DNA from: Obrimoposthia wandeli
Taxonomy: Eukaryota
Length of the DNA stretch: 64,000 nucleotides
NCBI GenBank assembly: GCA_977020255.1
Contig: CDROCS010002910.1
Span: 62,001-126,000, forward strand
Reading direction: 5' to 3'
Program-made: the position numbers and the translations under genes
The notes under the pieces: model-generated
What the model was told of the DNA's origin: nothing
Databases searched by the model: none
Seen by the model: the letters and a program-made list of their open reading frames with translations, nothing else
In this document: piece by piece, positions 52,552 through 62,480 of the stretch
Layout of the letters: every line of letters begins with the position of its first letter
How positions within the stretch are numbered: position 1 is the stretch's first letter

Positions 52552-54516
52552 ATGAAAAAATCAGTTTTTAAAATTTTAAACATCGTAGCATTTTCTATTG
52601 TTACTTTAACACTAACAAATTGTGGAAGTGAAGAGCCTTCTATAATTATTGAAGAGCCAACATCAGAAGTTATAGGGAACTTAAACTCTGGAATACTAAA
52701 TGGTGGTTTAGATGAAGATTACACGTTAAACGCAAGTACAGTTTATAATTTAAATGCATCTTTTATTGTTCAATCAGGAGCTACTTTAACAATTCCTGCA
52801 GGAACAAGAGTTCAAGCTTTAAATGGAGGAACAAGTGTTTATATTGCTGTTTTAAAAGGAGGTAAAATTAATATTCAAGGTACAGCGTCTAATCCTGTGT
52901 TTATGTCTTCTGCTTCTGGAAATCCTGGTGATTGGGGAGGTTTAACTATCTGTGGAGATGCAACAACTTCTGCTGGTGTTGATGCTGAAGCTGAAGTAGG
53001 TGGTTTTATCTATGGAGGAACAAATGATACAGATAATTCTGGTTCTATAAATTATTTAGTAATTAAGGGAACAGGAGCTCAAATTAATTCAGATTCTCAA
53101 TACAATGGAGTTTCTTTATATGGAGTTGGTTCTGGTACAAGTATTAGTAATGTAGCAGTAATCAATGGTTCTGATGATGGTTTTGAGTTTTTTGGAGGAA
53201 CAGTTTCTGCAAGTAACTTATACTTAGAAAATAACGAAGATGATTCTATAGACTGGACAGAAGGTTGGAATGGTACTGTAGATAATGCTTATATTTCTCA
53301 TACAATTGCAGGTTTTTCTACCGTTTTTGAAGGAGATAAAGTAAATGGAAATCCTAAGTTTAATAATATTACAGCAATTTCTACAGTTGGTGGGACAGCT
53401 TTACAATTCAAAAAAGAATCTGGAGGAACAATTACAGGTTTATCTTTATCTGGTTATGATGTTTCTATTGATATGAAAGATGATGGAGCTTTAGCAAATG
53501 TTTTGATTGATGGTGTTGCGGCAAATCCATTATTATCTTATACAAATGCGCCAGTTGTTACAGCTTCTGATTTTACTTGGGTGAATTCAAGTGTTTCTAT
53601 TCCGACTTCAGTTTTACAAGGAACTGTAACAAGTAAAGTAACTTTAGATGCTTCTATCGTTTATAGTTTAAACTCTTCTTACATTGTTCAAGATGGTGGA
53701 GAATTAGTAATTCCTGCAGGAACAAAAATTGAAGCTAGAGATGGTGGAACAGGTGTTTACATTGCTGTTTTAAAAGGAGGTAAAATAGATATTCAAGGTA
53801 CAGCTACAAACCCTGTAGTTATTTCTTCTCCATCAGCAACTGCTGGAGATTGGGGTGGTTTAACAATTTGTGGTGATGCAACAACTTCTGCTGGTGTTGA
53901 TGCAGAAGCTGAGGTAGGTGGTTTTATCTACGGAGGTACAAATGATACAGATAATTCAGGTTCTATTAAATTCTTAGTAATTAAAGGAACAGGAGCTCAG
54001 ATTAATGCAGATTCTCAATATAACGGAATCTCTTTTTATGGAGTTGGTTCTGGAACTACAATTGAAAATGTTTCTGTAATTAATGGAGCAGATGATGGTT
54101 TAGAATTTTTTGGAGGAACTGTTTCTGCAACAAATGTATATTTAGAAAACAACGAAGATGATTCAGTAGATTGGACAGAAGGGTGGAATGGTACAATAAC
54201 AAATACATATATTTCTCATACAATTACAGGTTTCTCTACAGCTTTTGAAGGAGATAAAGTAAATGGAAATCCTAAGTTTGTTAATTTAACAGCGATTTCT
54301 ACAGTAGATGGTACAGGTTTACAGTTTAAAAAGACTTCTGGAGCTACAATTACAAATATTTGGTTAGAAGGGTATGCTAAAAATATCGATATGAAAGATG
54401 ATGGTCCTTTAGCAAATGTAATTATAGATGGAGTTGCTGCTTCTACAACAGCAGATTACAAAACAGGTACTAAAGTTGATGTTAGTTCTTGGTCATGGAA
54501 AACTGCAGGTCTATAA
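52552..54516 (+). CDS. Surface lipoprotein with two tandem ~306-aa beta-helix-like domains
   Basis: Lipobox LTNC. GDWGGLTICG, DNSGSI.(Y/F)L.IKG.G, DDG.EFFGG and DD..DW.EGW each occur twice at a 918-bp offset. ATG 52552 preferred. Confidence 0.8.
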   Translation: MKKSVFKILNIVAFSIVTLTLTNCGSEEPSIIIEEPTSEVIGNLNSGILNGGLDEDYTLNASTVYNLNASFIVQSGATLTIPAGTRVQALNGGTSVYIAVLKGGKINIQGTASNPVFMSSASGNPGDWGGLTICGDATTSAGVDAEAEVGGFIYGGTNDTDNSGSINYLVIKGTGAQINSDSQYNGVSLYGVGSGTSISNVAVINGSDDGFEFFGGTVSASNLYLENNEDDSIDWTEGWNGTVDNAYISHTIAGFSTVFEGDKVNGNPKFNNITAISTVGGTALQFKKESGGTITGLSLSGYDVSIDMKDDGALANVLIDGVAANPLLSYTNAPVVTASDFTWVNSSVSIPTSVLQGTVTSKVTLDASIVYSLNSSYIVQDGGELVIPAGTKIEARDGGTGVYIAVLKGGKIDIQGTATNPVVISSPSATAGDWGGLTICGDATTSAGVDAEAEVGGFIYGGTNDTDNSGSIKFLVIKGTGAQINADSQYNGISFYGVGSGTTIENVSVINGADDGLEFFGGTVSATNVYLENNEDDSVDWTEGWNGTITNTYISHTITGFSTAFEGDKVNGNPKFVNLTAISTVDGTGLQFKKTSGATITNIWLEGYAKNIDMKDDGPLANVIIDGVAASTTADYKTGTKVDVSSWSWKTAGL

Positions 54517-54539
54517 GACTTTAATTATATTTTTAAATA

Positions 54540-54567
54540 AAAAAGCAGGCTATTAAGCCTGCTTTTT
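54540..54567. terminator. Bidirectional terminator
   Basis: AAAAAGCAGGC-TATTAA-GCCTGCTTTTT. Confidence 0.8.
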
Positions 54568-54593
54568 CTTATTGTAAATTATTTGAATTATTA

Positions 54594-54944
54594 TTAGTTA
54601 TTAAAAGCAAGTCTAGATTCAGATTTCCAATCGTTTACACTAACAATAACATTGTTATCGTAATTAATTTCTTTTAAAGATTCTTCATTCCAAACAAACC
54701 ATTTTCCAACTTTCTTACCTTCTTTATATTGAGCAATTTGGGTTTTGTTTCCTTTTTTGTCAAAACGAGTCCAAGTACCAGTTAATTTTTTGTCCTTAAA
54801 AAAACCTTGAACCTTAACATCTCCGTTATCAAAATAGTAAGTGGCTTTTACTAAATCACCTGCTTTTTCAAAAGTTGTTTCTTTTTCTTGTGAAAAACTT
54901 ATAGTTGATATAAATAATATTGCGAGTAAAATTGCTTTTTTCAT
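54594..54944 (-). CDS. Small secreted MORN-variant/YwqK-like repeat protein
   Basis: Signal peptide then YYFDNG..K..G.F...K..G.W..FD..G.K...A.Y..GKK.GKW. Canonical -7 TATATTTG at 54981-54988. Confidence 0.7.
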   Translation of the reverse strand: MKKAILLAILFISTISFSQEKETTFEKAGDLVKATYYFDNGDVKVQGFFKDKKLTGTWTRFDKKGNKTQIAQYKEGKKVGKWFVWNEESLKEINYDNNVIVSVNDWKSESRLAFNN

Positions 54945-55140
54945 GTTCTTTCGTTTTTAGTAATTAACATTCTATTTACACAAATATATCAATAAATTAC
55001 ATTAAATAAACTATTACGTAACGTTAAATTAACATTGATAGAAATTGATGAGTATTTAATTATCTAATTTTTAGTTGATTGAGTCATTTTTGTAAGTAAA
55101 AGCTTAACATTGGAAATGAATATTTTAGTTGTAAAACAAA

Positions 55141-55179
55141 AAAAAACCTCTTGAAATAATCTATTTCAAGAAGTTTTTT
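55141..55179. terminator. Terminator of the small barrel genes
   Basis: AAAAAACCTCTTGAAATA-ATC-TATTTCAAGAAGTTTTTT. Confidence 0.7.
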
Positions 55180-55196
55180 ATATAAAATGTTGATAA

Positions 55197-55694
55197 TTAG
55201 AATCTCCAACCAACATTTAGTCCTAATCTTGGAACTAAAATAGGAGAATCTGAACCAAATAAATTTCTTCCAACTCCTGCATATAAATCAATAATTAAAC
55301 CACTAGTAGAAACATACTTTGTACCAACAGCAACACCTAAGGCACCATCTGTATATTTTAAATCGTAATTATCAGAATCTTTATCAGATTTAGATTTTCC
55401 AGCGTTTATACCTATAAATCCTTCACCAAAAAAGTTCCATTTTTCATTTGTAGAAAAATATTGACGGTAATATGGTGTAATCATTGTGTTTTCATTATAT
55501 CTAAAACCAACGTCTTGTTTTTCTAAATTAAAAAGCGCAGAGATACCAAAAGAAGTGTTTTCTGTTAAATAACTTTCATAAGAAAACTCTAAACTTTTTA
55601 TAACTAATGCATCTGCAATGTCTAGTTTAATTTCTTGTTGTGAGTATGCTAGAGAACTAATTAAAAGTCCGAAAACTAAAAGTAATTTTTTCAT
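55197..55694 (-). CDS. Small outer-membrane beta-barrel protein (DUF3575-like)
   Basis: Signal peptide, ITPYYRQYF, F.EGF, G.GRNL, G..VG.RF end. -7 TATGTTTG at 55734-55741. Confidence 0.7.
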   Translation of the reverse strand: MKKLLLVFGLLISSLAYSQQEIKLDIADALVIKSLEFSYESYLTENTSFGISALFNLEKQDVGFRYNENTMITPYYRQYFSTNEKWNFFGEGFIGINAGKSKSDKDSDNYDLKYTDGALGVAVGTKYVSTSGLIIDLYAGVGRNLFGSDSPILVPRLGLNVGWRF

Positions 55695-55756
55695 TTTTGT
55701 GTATAATGTTTTGTTAACGATAATTGTATGTTACAAACATACAAAATTAAGTTTTT

Positions 55757-56341
55757 TTAGAATCTGTATCCTAATGAGATACCTCCTCTAGTTACAATAT
55801 TTGTATCAATTAAGTCTGTATTTGAATTAAAAAGATTTCTACCAATTCCTAAATATACTTCAGCTACAAAGTTTTTTCTAGTTATAAATTTACCTCCAAC
55901 TGAAATCCCTAAAGCAAAATCTGTAACTTTTATATCTTCAGAATTGTCTATCCAATTTCCGTTATTATCGGAATAATAATCATAAGTCTCATCTTCTTGT
56001 GTATTTAACATTCCAAAAGCTTCTACAAAAAAGCCTCTAGCAGCAAGTTTCTCTGAAAAAAACCATCTGTAATAAGGTGTTATAGAAAACTTTCGAGGAA
56101 AACCGATATCTGCATCATCATTAAAGTTTAAAAATAAGTCTATACCAAATGAAGAGTCTCTGTTAATTAGAGATTCGTAACTTACATCTAGAGAAGAGAG
56201 TGCAATTAAACTAAAAGCATTCATTTTTAGTTCATGTTTTTTATTGATGTCTTGTGGGTATTTTTCTTCTTTTCCTTCTTTTTCTTGAGCAAAAATAATA
56301 GTACTAATAAATAATAAAAGTAATAATGTGGTCTTTTTCAT
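55757..56341 (-). CDS. Small outer-membrane beta-barrel protein (DUF3575-like), paralog
   Basis: ITPYYRWFF, FFVEAF, GIGRNL, GISLGYRF end. ATG 56341 (MKKTTLLL) with -7 TACGTTTG at 56366-56373. Confidence 0.7.
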   Translation of the reverse strand: MKKTTLLLLLFISTIIFAQEKEGKEEKYPQDINKKHELKMNAFSLIALSSLDVSYESLINRDSSFGIDLFLNFNDDADIGFPRKFSITPYYRWFFSEKLAARGFFVEAFGMLNTQEDETYDYYSDNNGNWIDNSEDIKVTDFALGISVGGKFITRKNFVAEVYLGIGRNLFNSNTDLIDTNIVTRGGISLGYRF

Positions 56342-56393
56342 TTTTATAATTTTAGGTTGTTGTTGCAAACGTATCAAAAAACAAGCCAAGAAT

Positions 56394-56497
56394 CTAAAAA
56401 ATTGCTCTCAATTGTATACTTCCTGTGTGAATGGTTTTTGAATTTTCGCTCTTTCTACCTAAATAATTTAAATTCAGATTTAAGAAAGGGTTTAATT
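56394..56497 (-). repeat. Orphan copy of the last 34 codons of the 62481-64000 gene (left direct repeat)
   Basis: Encodes LNPFLNLNLNYLGRKSENSKTIHTGSIQLRAIF*. 90/102 nt identical to 62481-62582. Confidence 0.92.
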
Positions 56498-57628
56498 ATC
56501 AACAAAATCATTAGATAACATAAAACCTCCTTTAATGAGTGTCTTTCTGTCTTTTAATAAATTAGGATTTAATATTTGTGTATAGTTTTCATCTTGCATT
56601 CCAATGTTTAATTTTACTTTTTCAAATACATAGAAATCCTTCTTTTGCTCTTTTAAAACCAAAGCAAAATAAATAGCTTCGCTTTTTTTAATTGCACTTC
56701 TTGGTAATGATATTTCTTTGCGTGAATCACTTATAATATCAGCTTCGATATACATTCCCGAAATAAAATTGTTGCTTTCTTCATCATTAATATGACCATG
56801 AACTTTAATAGTTCTATCAGTATTTATAGAGGTTCCAACTAAATGTACCGTTGCATCAAAAATTTTGTCTGATGATTCTGGTATTTTAAATCTTATTTTT
56901 TGATCTTTTTTAATTTTTAAAATATCTTTCTCAAAAACAGATAACTCTAAATGAATATGATCTGTATTTACAATTTCCAACAATTCACTTGATGAGGACA
57001 CAAAAGAGCCATTACTTACATTTACCTTAGTGACATAACCATTTATAGGAGCGTATAAATTTATAGTTGCCGTTATTTGTCCTCGATCAACAGCATTTGG
57101 ATTGATATTCATCATTTGTAACTTTTTACGCAATCCGTTATAACTTGCCAAACTAACCTTGTACGTGCTTTCAGCTTTTAAGTAGTTTTTTTGAGATGTA
57201 ATTTTCTCTTCAAACAAGGTTTTTTGTCTTTGATACTCGTTTTTTAGAAAATTTAATTGTGCAGAAATTTCTAAATATTCTTGTTGAATCTCAATAAATT
57301 CTGTGTTTTCTAAACTAGCTACTAATTGCCCTTTTTTAACTTTATCACCAATTAAAAGCGGAATTTTAGTTACATATCCACCAACAAATGTATTGATGCT
57401 AGATTTGTTTTCTGGCGGAACATCTATCATTCCACTAACTTTTATAACCGTATTAAAGGTTTGTTCTGAAAGCTCACCTAATTGCATCTTTTCGCTTTTA
57501 AATTGTTCCTTGCTAATTGTAATTAGATTGCTGTTTACTGCAGTTTCTTTAGCAGTTTCTGTTTTCTCTTCTTTACTTCCACAGGCAAAAATAAGTAGTG
57601 AAAATAAGAGTGTATATATGTTTTTCAT
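56492..57628 (-). CDS. RND efflux periplasmic adaptor (CzcB/CusB-like lipoprotein)
   Basis: Lipobox FAC, G.V.KGQL, APINGYV..V.V.NG.FV, HLELSVFEKD, GM..EA.I. Confidence 0.9.
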   Translation of the reverse strand: MKNIYTLLFSLLIFACGSKEEKTETAKETAVNSNLITISKEQFKSEKMQLGELSEQTFNTVIKVSGMIDVPPENKSSINTFVGGYVTKIPLLIGDKVKKGQLVASLENTEFIEIQQEYLEISAQLNFLKNEYQRQKTLFEEKITSQKNYLKAESTYKVSLASYNGLRKKLQMMNINPNAVDRGQITATINLYAPINGYVTKVNVSNGSFVSSSSELLEIVNTDHIHLELSVFEKDILKIKKDQKIRFKIPESSDKIFDATVHLVGTSINTDRTIKVHGHINDEESNNFISGMYIEADIISDSRKEISLPRSAIKKSEAIYFALVLKEQKKDFYVFEKVKLNIGMQDENYTQILNPNLLKDRKTLIKGGFMLSNDFVDN

Positions 57629-57630
57629 CT

Positions 57631-60600
57631 TTAAAAAATATTTAAATTAAGGTAATTTATGTTGATAACAGTTTGGTTGTATGCGTTTAAGTTATCTAGA
57701 TATGATAGTTCAATATCTTTAGCGGTTTCTAAACTTTGGATGTATTGAAAAAAATCAATTTCGCCTTCTTTAAAAGTACGATTAGCTGTTTTTATAATTT
57801 CGTTTTTAAGATTTTCCCCTTGAGTTTCGTAGTAATTTATAGCTTCTTCATATTGATGTAAAGTTGCTAAAAGAGAATTGTATTCGGCTTCTAACTTTAC
57901 TTTATAATCTTGTTGTTGTTCTAAAACAATAGCTTCAGCAATTTTTGAAGCTTTTATTTTTGAAGTATTTCCAGAGAAAAATAATGGTATTTTTAATCCT
58001 ATTTGATATCCTTTAACAGTATTTTTTATGAGATCATTTGTACCTTGAAAATATTCTAAACTAATATCTGGTAATAAACTTTGTTTCTCTTTTTTATACA
58101 AAGCATTTTGATAGTTTTTAGCATCTTCAAAATATTGATTTCCTAAATTATCTTTAGTTGAAATACTTTGTACTACTAATTTTTGAAGAGGTTCATCTAA
58201 AATATGTAAGGTATCAACTTGTACGATACTTTTTAATTGCGCTGACGAAAATAAAATCTCCTGTATAGATTGTTTATAAATTGTCTCTAACTGTTTCTGT
58301 TTAGATTTTGCGGTAATCATTTCTAAATAATTAGTCTCACCCAATTCAAATTTACGTGCTGATTTTTTTGCAAAATCTTGATACAAACTATCTAAAAAAC
58401 GATACGTTTCAGCTTTATTCTTAACATAGCTTAGTTGATAATAATTAGCATAAACTGCTTTTTTAATTTGTAGAATTTGAATGTTATAATTTGTTTCTTC
58501 GATGCTAACTTTTATTTTATTTACCTTTTTGTCAGCAAAATAAACTGTCGGAAATTTAAAATCTTGGGCAATACCAAATATTTTTAAAGGCAGATTGTTT
58601 GTCGCTAAATTATTTTCGTCATAATTATAGTAAATAGAAGTTTTATCAAAACTAAAAGCATTTCCAACCAAAGCATTACTTTCATCTATTTTTAAATTAG
58701 ACGCTTTTAAACTTGCATTATTTTTAATAGCCAAAGTCAACGTTTCCTCAACTGTTAATTTCGATTGTGCATTGATATTCACTACAGATAAGAAACCAAT
58801 AATAGTTATGATAGCCGTTTTATTTATTTTAATCTTTTTTTTCTCTTCAAACCAAGCGTATAATACAGGTAAAACAATTAACGTTAAAACTGTTGCTGTA
58901 ATTAAACCTCCAATAACTACAGTTGCTAACGGACGCTGAACTTCTGCACCAGCATTCGTAGAAATTGCCATTGGTAAAAAACCTAAAGCTGCTGCTGCTG
59001 CAGTTAATAAAACAGGTCTTAATCGTTCTGCTGTTCCTCGTTTTATACGTTCTTCAATATCTTCCATTCCTTCTTCCTTAAGTTCTTTAAAATGTTCAAT
59101 TAGAACAATTCCGTTTAAAACAGCAATACCAAATAATGCAATAAAACCGACACCTGCAGAAATACTAAAAGGCAAATCGCGTAACCATAGCAATAAAACG
59201 CCTCCAACTGCAGAAAGCGGAATAGCAGAATAGACTAATAAAGCTTCTTTTATAGAACCAAATGCAAAATAGAGTAGTAGAAAAATTAAAGTTAAAGCAA
59301 TTGGTACCGCAACTTTTAAACGAGCCTTGGCACTTTGTAAGTTTTCAAATTGACCACCATAAGTAATGGTATAACCAACAGGTAATTTAAGTTTACTATC
59401 AATAATAGATTTCACATCGTCTACTACAGATTGTAAATCTCGATTTCTTACGTTAACACCAACTACAATGCGTCGTTTTGTGTCGTCTCTAGATATTTTT
59501 GCCGGCCCTGTTGTATATTTAATATCTGCTAATTCGCTTAAAGGAATTTTAGTTCCATTGGGTGTATCTACATATAAATGCTGAAGACTAGATAAGTTTT
59601 TTCTGTTATTTTCATCTAAACGAATTACTAAATCAAAACGTTTTTCACCTTCAAAAACATTACCAACTACACCGCCTGCAAACCCCATAGAGATTAATTG
59701 ATTGACTTCTGATATATTTAAACCATAACGCGCAATTTTATTTCGATTGAATGTCACACTCATTTGTGGCAAACCTTCTACTTTTTCAATAATAATATCA
59801 GATGCACCTTGCACATCTTTAATGAGTGTTTTTACTTCATCAGCTTTTGTAGCTAAAACTGATAAATCTTCACCAAATATTTTGATGGCAACGTCAGCTC
59901 TAACACCCGTAATTAATTCATTAAAACGCATTTCTATAGGTTGCGTAAATTCGACTTCCATATCTGGGATTATCGCTAAGGCTTCTTTAAATTTATCGGC
60001 TAATTCGTCTTTGCTATTTGCAGAAACCCATTCGCTTTTTGGCTTTAATTTGATAATTACATCACTTTCTTCCATAGACATTGGGTCTGTTGGTACTTCT
60101 GCTGCACCAATTCTACTAACCACTTGATCTACTTCTGGGAAGTTGTCTAATAGTATTTGTTCTATTTTAGTTGTAATTTCAATTGTTTTTCCAAGTGAGG
60201 TTCCTGTTTTTAATACTGGCTGAATTACAAAGTCTCCTTCATCTAGAGTAGGCACAAATTCGCCTCCCATTCTAGTAAACAAGAAAATACTTGATATTAA
60301 TAAGATTCCTGCTAAACTAATTACCGTTTTTTTATGTTGTAATGCCCAATGTATAGAAGGTTTATACCAATAATTTAAAACCTTCATCAATCGTACAGAA
60401 ATGTTTTTATCACTTGGTTTACTCGGTTTTAAAAACAGTGAAGAAACTACAGGAACATAGGTTAAACAGAGTAACATAGCGCCAACCAAAGCAAAACTAA
60501 ATGTTAAAGCCATTGGTTTAAACATTTTGCCTTCTACACCACTTAAAGACAAAATAGGAATGAAAACGATTAGAATGATTAATTGCCCAAAAATGGCAGA

Positions 60601-61950
60601 ATTCATCATTTTTGAAGCGCTTTTTAGTGTAATTGCATCAATTTCTTCTTGTTTTACTTCTTTATTGAGTGTTTTTAATTTATCACTTTCAGATATAATC
60701 CGAAAGGCAATAAACTCTACAATAATAACTGCACCATCAATAATAATTCCAAAATCGATTGCTCCAAGACTCATTAAATTCGCATCTACTCCAAAAAGAT
60801 TCATCAAAGAAATGGTAAATAATAAACTTAATGGAATAACGGATGCAACCACTAAACCAGAACGTAAATTTCCTAATAATAAAACCACAACAAAAATGAC
60901 AATTAACGATCCTAGAATTAAGTTTTCGGAAACAGTAAATGTTGTTTTGTCAATTAATTCGCTACGTTCTAAAAATCCGTTAATATAAACGCCTTCTGGC
61001 AAGCTACTTTGTATGGATGCTACACGTTCTTTTACGGCGTCAATAATTGCTTTAGAATTACCATCTTTAAGCATCATTATTTGTCCAAGAACTTTTTCTC
61101 CTTGACCATTTCCTGTAATCGCTCCAAAACGAGTTGCGCTTCCAAAACCGACCTTAGCAATGTCTTTTATATATATAGGCGTGCCTTCATTTTTAACCAC
61201 AATATTACCAACATCTTCCAAAGATTTTATCAAACCTTCGCCACGAATAAAAAAAGCTTGATTTGTTTTTTCTATATAACCACCACCAGCAACACTATTA
61301 TTTTTTTCTAATGCGTCATAAATTTCGGAGACAGAAATATGCATAGCATTCAATTTATTCGGATTGATGGCAACTTCATACTGTTTTAAAAATCCTCCCC
61401 AAGTATTCACTTCAACAACACCAGGAATTCCTGATAATTGACGCTTAACAATCCAATCTTGAACAGTTCTTAATTCTGTAGCCGAATAACGATCTTCATA
61501 ACCAGGTTTTACATCTAAAATATATTGATAAATTTCACCTAAACCCGTTGTAATTGGCCCCATTTCTGGCATTCCAAAACCTTCAGGGATTTTCTCTGAA
61601 GCAGATTTAATTTTTTCAGCAATTAATTGTCTAGGTAAATAAGTGCCCATATTGTCTTCAAAAACAATAGTTACAACAGATAACCCAAATTTTGAAACAG
61701 ATCTAATTTCTTCTACACCGGGTAAATTAGCCATTTCTAATTCTACAGGATAGGTAATAAATTGTTCTACATCTTGTGTAGATAAATTACGAGAAGTGGT
61801 AATTACTTGTACTTGATTATTGGTAATATCTGGTACAGCACCAATAGGAATTTGGGTTAACGAGAAAATTCCGAAACCAATAATAAAGACAGTGAAAATG
61901 AAAATAAGCAGCTTGTTTTTTAAGCTGAATTTGATAATTTTTTCTAACAT
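57631..61950 (-). CDS. CusA/CzcA heavy-metal RND pump fused to a C-terminal TolC-like outer-membrane efflux domain
   Basis: IGAVPDIT.NQVQV, NLMSLGAIDFG.I.DG, GEFVPTLDEG, RLRPVL.TA, GAEVQRPLATVV.GG, then about 400 aa of TolC-like helical sequence (F..GE..YLE). Confidence 0.93.
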   Translation of the reverse strand: MLEKIIKFSLKNKLLIFIFTVFIIGFGIFSLTQIPIGAVPDITNNQVQVITTSRNLSTQDVEQFITYPVELEMANLPGVEEIRSVSKFGLSVVTIVFEDNMGTYLPRQLIAEKIKSASEKIPEGFGMPEMGPITTGLGEIYQYILDVKPGYEDRYSATELRTVQDWIVKRQLSGIPGVVEVNTWGGFLKQYEVAINPNKLNAMHISVSEIYDALEKNNSVAGGGYIEKTNQAFFIRGEGLIKSLEDVGNIVVKNEGTPIYIKDIAKVGFGSATRFGAITGNGQGEKVLGQIMMLKDGNSKAIIDAVKERVASIQSSLPEGVYINGFLERSELIDKTTFTVSENLILGSLIVIFVVVLLLGNLRSGLVVASVIPLSLLFTISLMNLFGVDANLMSLGAIDFGIIIDGAVIIVEFIAFRIISESDKLKTLNKEVKQEEIDAITLKSASKMMNSAIFGQLIILIVFIPILSLSGVEGKMFKPMALTFSFALVGAMLLCLTYVPVVSSLFLKPSKPSDKNISVRLMKVLNYWYKPSIHWALQHKKTVISLAGILLISSIFLFTRMGGEFVPTLDEGDFVIQPVLKTGTSLGKTIEITTKIEQILLDNFPEVDQVVSRIGAAEVPTDPMSMEESDVIIKLKPKSEWVSANSKDELADKFKEALAIIPDMEVEFTQPIEMRFNELITGVRADVAIKIFGEDLSVLATKADEVKTLIKDVQGASDIIIEKVEGLPQMSVTFNRNKIARYGLNISEVNQLISMGFAGGVVGNVFEGEKRFDLVIRLDENNRKNLSSLQHLYVDTPNGTKIPLSELADIKYTTGPAKISRDDTKRRIVVGVNVRNRDLQSVVDDVKSIIDSKLKLPVGYTITYGGQFENLQSAKARLKVAVPIALTLIFLLLYFAFGSIKEALLVYSAIPLSAVGGVLLLWLRDLPFSISAGVGFIALFGIAVLNGIVLIEHFKELKEEGMEDIEERIKRGTAERLRPVLLTAAAAALGFLPMAISTNAGAEVQRPLATVVIGGLITATVLTLIVLPVLYAWFEEKKKIKINKTAIITIIGFLSVVNINAQSKLTVEETLTLAIKNNASLKASNLKIDESNALVGNAFSFDKTSIYYNYDENNLATNNLPLKIFGIAQDFKFPTVYFADKKVNKIKVSIEETNYNIQILQIKKAVYANYYQLSYVKNKAETYRFLDSLYQDFAKKSARKFELGETNYLEMITAKSKQKQLETIYKQSIQEILFSSAQLKSIVQVDTLHILDEPLQKLVVQSISTKDNLGNQYFEDAKNYQNALYKKEKQSLLPDISLEYFQGTNDLIKNTVKGYQIGLKIPLFFSGNTSKIKASKIAEAIVLEQQQDYKVKLEAEYNSLLATLHQYEEAINYYETQGENLKNEIIKTANRTFKEGEIDFFQYIQSLETAKDIELSYLDNLNAYNQTVININYLNLNIF

Positions 61951-61979
61951 GATTCATGATAATTAAGAAAGAATAAATG

Positions 61980-62000
61980 CCTGTTTATTATATAAACAGG
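61980..62000. terminator. Hairpin between the His-rich leader gene and czcA
   Basis: CCTGTTTAT-TAT-ATAAACAGG; weak U-tract, so possibly an attenuator or stabiliser. Confidence 0.4.
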
Positions 62001-62020
62001 ATTAAAAATCTAAAAATGAA

Positions 62021-62410
62021 TTATGCGTGCTTAGGTGGTTGAAAAATAGAAGGTTTTTCGTGAAGTGAGAAAGAATCTTCGTAAAAATAATTTGGTTTTG
62101 TGTTCATAACCATTTTCCTTTTTAATTCGAAATAAGTATTAATTAAATTAAAATCAGAAATGAGATGATTATACGTTTGTGAGTTTTTTTTAAAAGGTAG
62201 CTCTTTATGTTCCTTATGGTCGTTGTTAGATAATAGCTCTTTTTCACCATAATGTTCTGATATAAACTCTAAAAAAGTATCACCATATGTATCTTGATGA
62301 TATTGTGCATGTTCTAACAATACTTTTATCTTCGGAAAAGACTCCAAACCAATATTAAGACTCTGTAAGAGAATTAAATTTGATAATAATATTGCAGTGA
62401 ATTTCATCAT
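62021..62410 (-). CDS. Small His-containing protein upstream of czcA (CzcI-like by position)
   Basis: Hydrophobic N-terminus, 8 His in 129 aa (EHAQYH, EHY, DHKEHK), C-terminal SIFQPPK. Confidence 0.6.
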   Translation of the reverse strand: MMKFTAILLSNLILLQSLNIGLESFPKIKVLLEHAQYHQDTYGDTFLEFISEHYGEKELLSNNDHKEHKELPFKKNSQTYNHLISDFNLINTYFELKRKMVMNTKPNYFYEDSFSLHEKPSIFQPPKHA

Positions 62411-62480
62411 TAGACTACAAATAAAAGGATTTTTTTCAACTATTTATGAAATAATTGTTACACAAGAAGAATTTAACATA

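Noticed and set aside
57303-61311. Plus-strand ORFs within czcA/czcB (and similar ones within PiT, patatin and T9SS genes)
   Set aside because: Antisense shadows of well-supported genes with no recognisable motifs.
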